From Narcine bancroftii (lineage: Eukaryota): a stretch of DNA of 64,000 bases. The position numbers were made by a program, and so were the translations under genes. Below are positions 61,326 through 64,000 of this stretch, in pieces. How positions within the stretch are numbered: position 1 is the stretch's first letter; each line of letters starts with the position of its first letter. The notes beneath the pieces were generated by a model. The model was not told the origin of the DNA. It did no database searches and saw only the letters and a list, made by a program, of their open reading frames with translations. Location of the stretch: positions 119,722,001 to 119,786,000 of the forward strand of contig NC_091469.1 in assembly GCF_036971445.1 (NCBI RefSeq). Direction: 5' to 3'.

Positions 61326-61834
61326 CATGTTCTTGAAATAAATCTCAATGAACTTCAAGCCTTCATTTGGATATATTTGGTCCTGTGTTGCTGGTGTTTC
61401 TACAGATAAATTTATTACCAGGCCCTGATTTACTCCATTAAGTGGACTTTCTCCTTGAACTTTTCCATCTATTGTGGTGCAAGAAACTCTAGGACACTGA
61501 TCCACTAATAATGAAAAAACAATGGAAAGTCCAAAATCCGGACAATGTGCAATTTGAAGCATAATTTGTGGTACATCAATGACAAAGTTGCTTTCATTAT
61601 TCTTGATGTAAGAAGTTGCGGAGGAATGGAATTCTGTCAATATTTATTTATGGTCAAGTGATAAATTGACAATTTTATCCAATTTTGTTTGCCATTAAAA
61701 AAAAGGTGCTACCAGCCCAGCACCCCTATCAATAAGAGAAAGAGCAGCAAACAGGAGTTTGAATATCAGAGTCACTGAATATTCGTGGACTCAACTCCAG
61801 TGCTCCCAGTACCTCTGCAGCCACAGTGTTGCCT

Positions 61835-63625
61835 ATTTGATCCAAAGACATTCATGAAATTAATAGAGGAGATGGAATTCACAAAGTATCTTTAAATGCA
61901 GATGATTTTTTTAGTATATATTTCAGATCCTGAGATATCTATTCCTCCAATCTTGTCTTTGCTTTCCCAATTTGGTAACTTCTCTGGATATAAATTGAAT
62001 CTTTATAAGAGCAAATTATTCCCAATAATCATGTATGTAGCTTTAGCTGTTAAAGACCATTTTATCTATCTTGGGGTTAAAATTTCCAAAACATTTAAAG
62101 GACTATATAAATTTAACTTTCTTCCTTTGATAGATTACGTGAAACAATCTCTTTCTAAATGGTCTCCATTGGCTTTATCTTTAATAGGTCATATTAATGC
62201 TATTAAAATGATCATTTTATCTAAATTTCTGTATTTATTTCAAGCAGTCCGAGTTTTTATTCAAAATTCTTTTTTGATAATATGGACTCTAAAATATCTT
62301 CTTATATTTAGAATAAAATGAATCCCAGATTGGGTAAATTCCATTTGCAGAAATTAAAGAAAGATGGTGGTATGGCTTTACCTAAGCTTAGACTTTATTA
62401 TTTTCTGGATCTACTATTCTGATAAATTTGAATGTCCTTATTGGGTAGATTTGGAATTGAAATTCGCGCAGAGGTATTAATTAGCCTCTTTATTGGAAGC
62501 AGCTCTTCCTTTTACATTTTCTAAGATTAGTAGTCATACCTTCATTCTTCTTCTTTTCTTTGGCTTGGCTTCGCGGACAAAGATTTATGGAGGGGTAATG
62601 TCCACGTCAGCTGCAGGCTCGTTGGTGACTGACAAGTCCGATGTGGGACAGGCAGACACGGTTGCAGCGGTTGCAAGGGAAAATTGGTTGGTTGGGGTTG
62701 GGTGTTGGGTTTTTCCTCCTTTGTCTTTTGACAGTGAGGTGGGCTCTGCAGTCTTCTTCAAAGGAGGTTGCTGCCCGCCAAACTGTGAGGCGCCAAGATG
62801 CATGGTTTGAGGCGCTATCAGCCCACTGGCGGTGGTCAATGTGGCAGGCACCAAGAGATTTCTTTAGGCAGTCCTTGTACCTCTTCTTTGGTGCACCTCT
62901 GTCTTGGTGGCCAGTGGAGAGCTCGCCATATAACACGATCCCAGCGCAGTTGGATCTTCGGCATCATGGATTCAAAGCTGTCGGCCTCTGCCATCTCGAG
63001 TACTTCAATGTTGGTGATGAAGTCGCTCCAATGAATGTTGAAGATACCTTCAACCCAATACTTAAACATACATTACAAAATTGGTTTCAATTTCACAAGT
63101 TCTCTAACTTGAATTTTTTTATTTTTATCTAGCACTATTTCTCTTAATTATTTTTTTCAACCGTCTATAATTGATCAAATCTTCTCTTTTTGGAAAGTTA
63201 AAGGAATCATTTATTTTTCAGATTTGTTTATAGATGGTAGTTTTATGTCTTTAAACAATGATTTGATCATTATAATTCACCTAAGTCACATTTTTTTTAG
63301 ATACTTTCAAAATTAGAAATTTTCGGAATACTTTACTGTCTAACTTTCCAAAATCATACCAATTGGATTTAGTTGATATTTTTTTTTCATTTGAACCCTT
63401 TTCATAAGTGTTTAATAGGCATATTTATAATAAGTTATTAAGATTGCAATCAAATACTAATCACAAAATTAAAAGGGCCTGGGAAGAGGAAATTTAGTTA
63501 CATATTCCAGATGAAGGTTTTTGGATTGGTTAATACCACTTCAATATGTGCTCATCATCCTTTGATTCATTTTAAAGTGGTACCTTGGGCTCATATGGTA
63601 AAAGACAAATTGGCCCACATTTTCT
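61835..63625 (+). mobile_element. Decayed L1/Tx1 ORF2 (RT C-terminal half) interrupted by RTE copy E
   Basis: SL.ADDFLVYISDP..FGNFSGYKLN..KS; YLGVKIS; WSPLALSLIGHINAIKMIILSKFLYLFQ. Confidence 0.85.
62545..63043 (-). mobile_element. Young RTE LINE 3' fragment (copy E)
   Basis: Exact 9-bp TSD ATACCTTCA (62536-62544 and 63044-63052); ~41-bp internal deletion at 62940/62941. Confidence 0.95.
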
Positions 63626-64000
63626 CTTTTTTTCACAACTTTTTTTATTCATTCAACAAAGTTATTACATATTGTAAAAAATAAAAAAAGTTTATATATA
63701 AAAAAGAAGAGAGAGGAAAAAAAGAAAGAAAGAAACCTCCCTCCCCTTTCAGCCAGCTCTCTTTAGGAGAGCCAAAGAGAAAAAAAACCTGAAATATATT
63801 TACTAAAATCTAATCAAGGTAAATTTAAATGTAAATATTATGAATATAAAGACCACTTATTAAGAAAAAAAGAATATTTATCATGTAAAACATACGTAAT
63901 TTTTTTCCATTACCAAACAATTTTTTATCTCATTATGCCATCTATTAATATCAATCACATTAGCATTTTTCCATGTACTTGCTATACATTTTTTTGCTAC
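63625..64000 (-). mobile_element. L1/Tx1 LINE 3' end, continuing beyond the window
   Basis: Minus strand reads VAKKCIASTWKN...MEKITY, then UTR and poly(A). Confidence 0.75.

Noticed and set aside
1-64000. TE strand bias as evidence of host transcription direction
   Set aside because: RTE, CR1 and SINE copies lean minus but Rex1 and L1 lean plus; counts are too small and inconsistent.

Overview
Eukaryotic, AT-rich, transposon-dense DNA from a vertebrate. The repeat families (CR1, L2, Rex1/Babar, L1/Tx1, RTE, Penelope, V-SINE, Deu-SINE) point to a cartilaginous fish; this assignment is an inference. I recognise no host protein-coding gene, so the window looks like a large intron or gene desert. 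All long, recognisable ORFs belong to retrotransposons. Main contents: five copies of a young RTE-clade LINE; a deeply nested Rex1/L1/RTE/solo-LTR cluster at 25.3-33.2 kb; four putative solo LTRs; hAT and Harbinger-like MITEs; a 5S rRNA-derived SINE; and many Penelope terminal fragments carrying hammerhead-ribozyme-like cores. Less easily explained signals: a 129-bp, ~93% identical inverted repeat (9319-10369), a candidate HDV-like ribozyme fold near 19.3 kb, a recurring ~73-bp retro-insert, and several TE-free islands that may be regulatory. TE family calls rest on translated motifs and remembered consensus sequences, not database searches. Boundaries of old elements are approximate. I found no evidence of a prokaryote-style multi-gene system.
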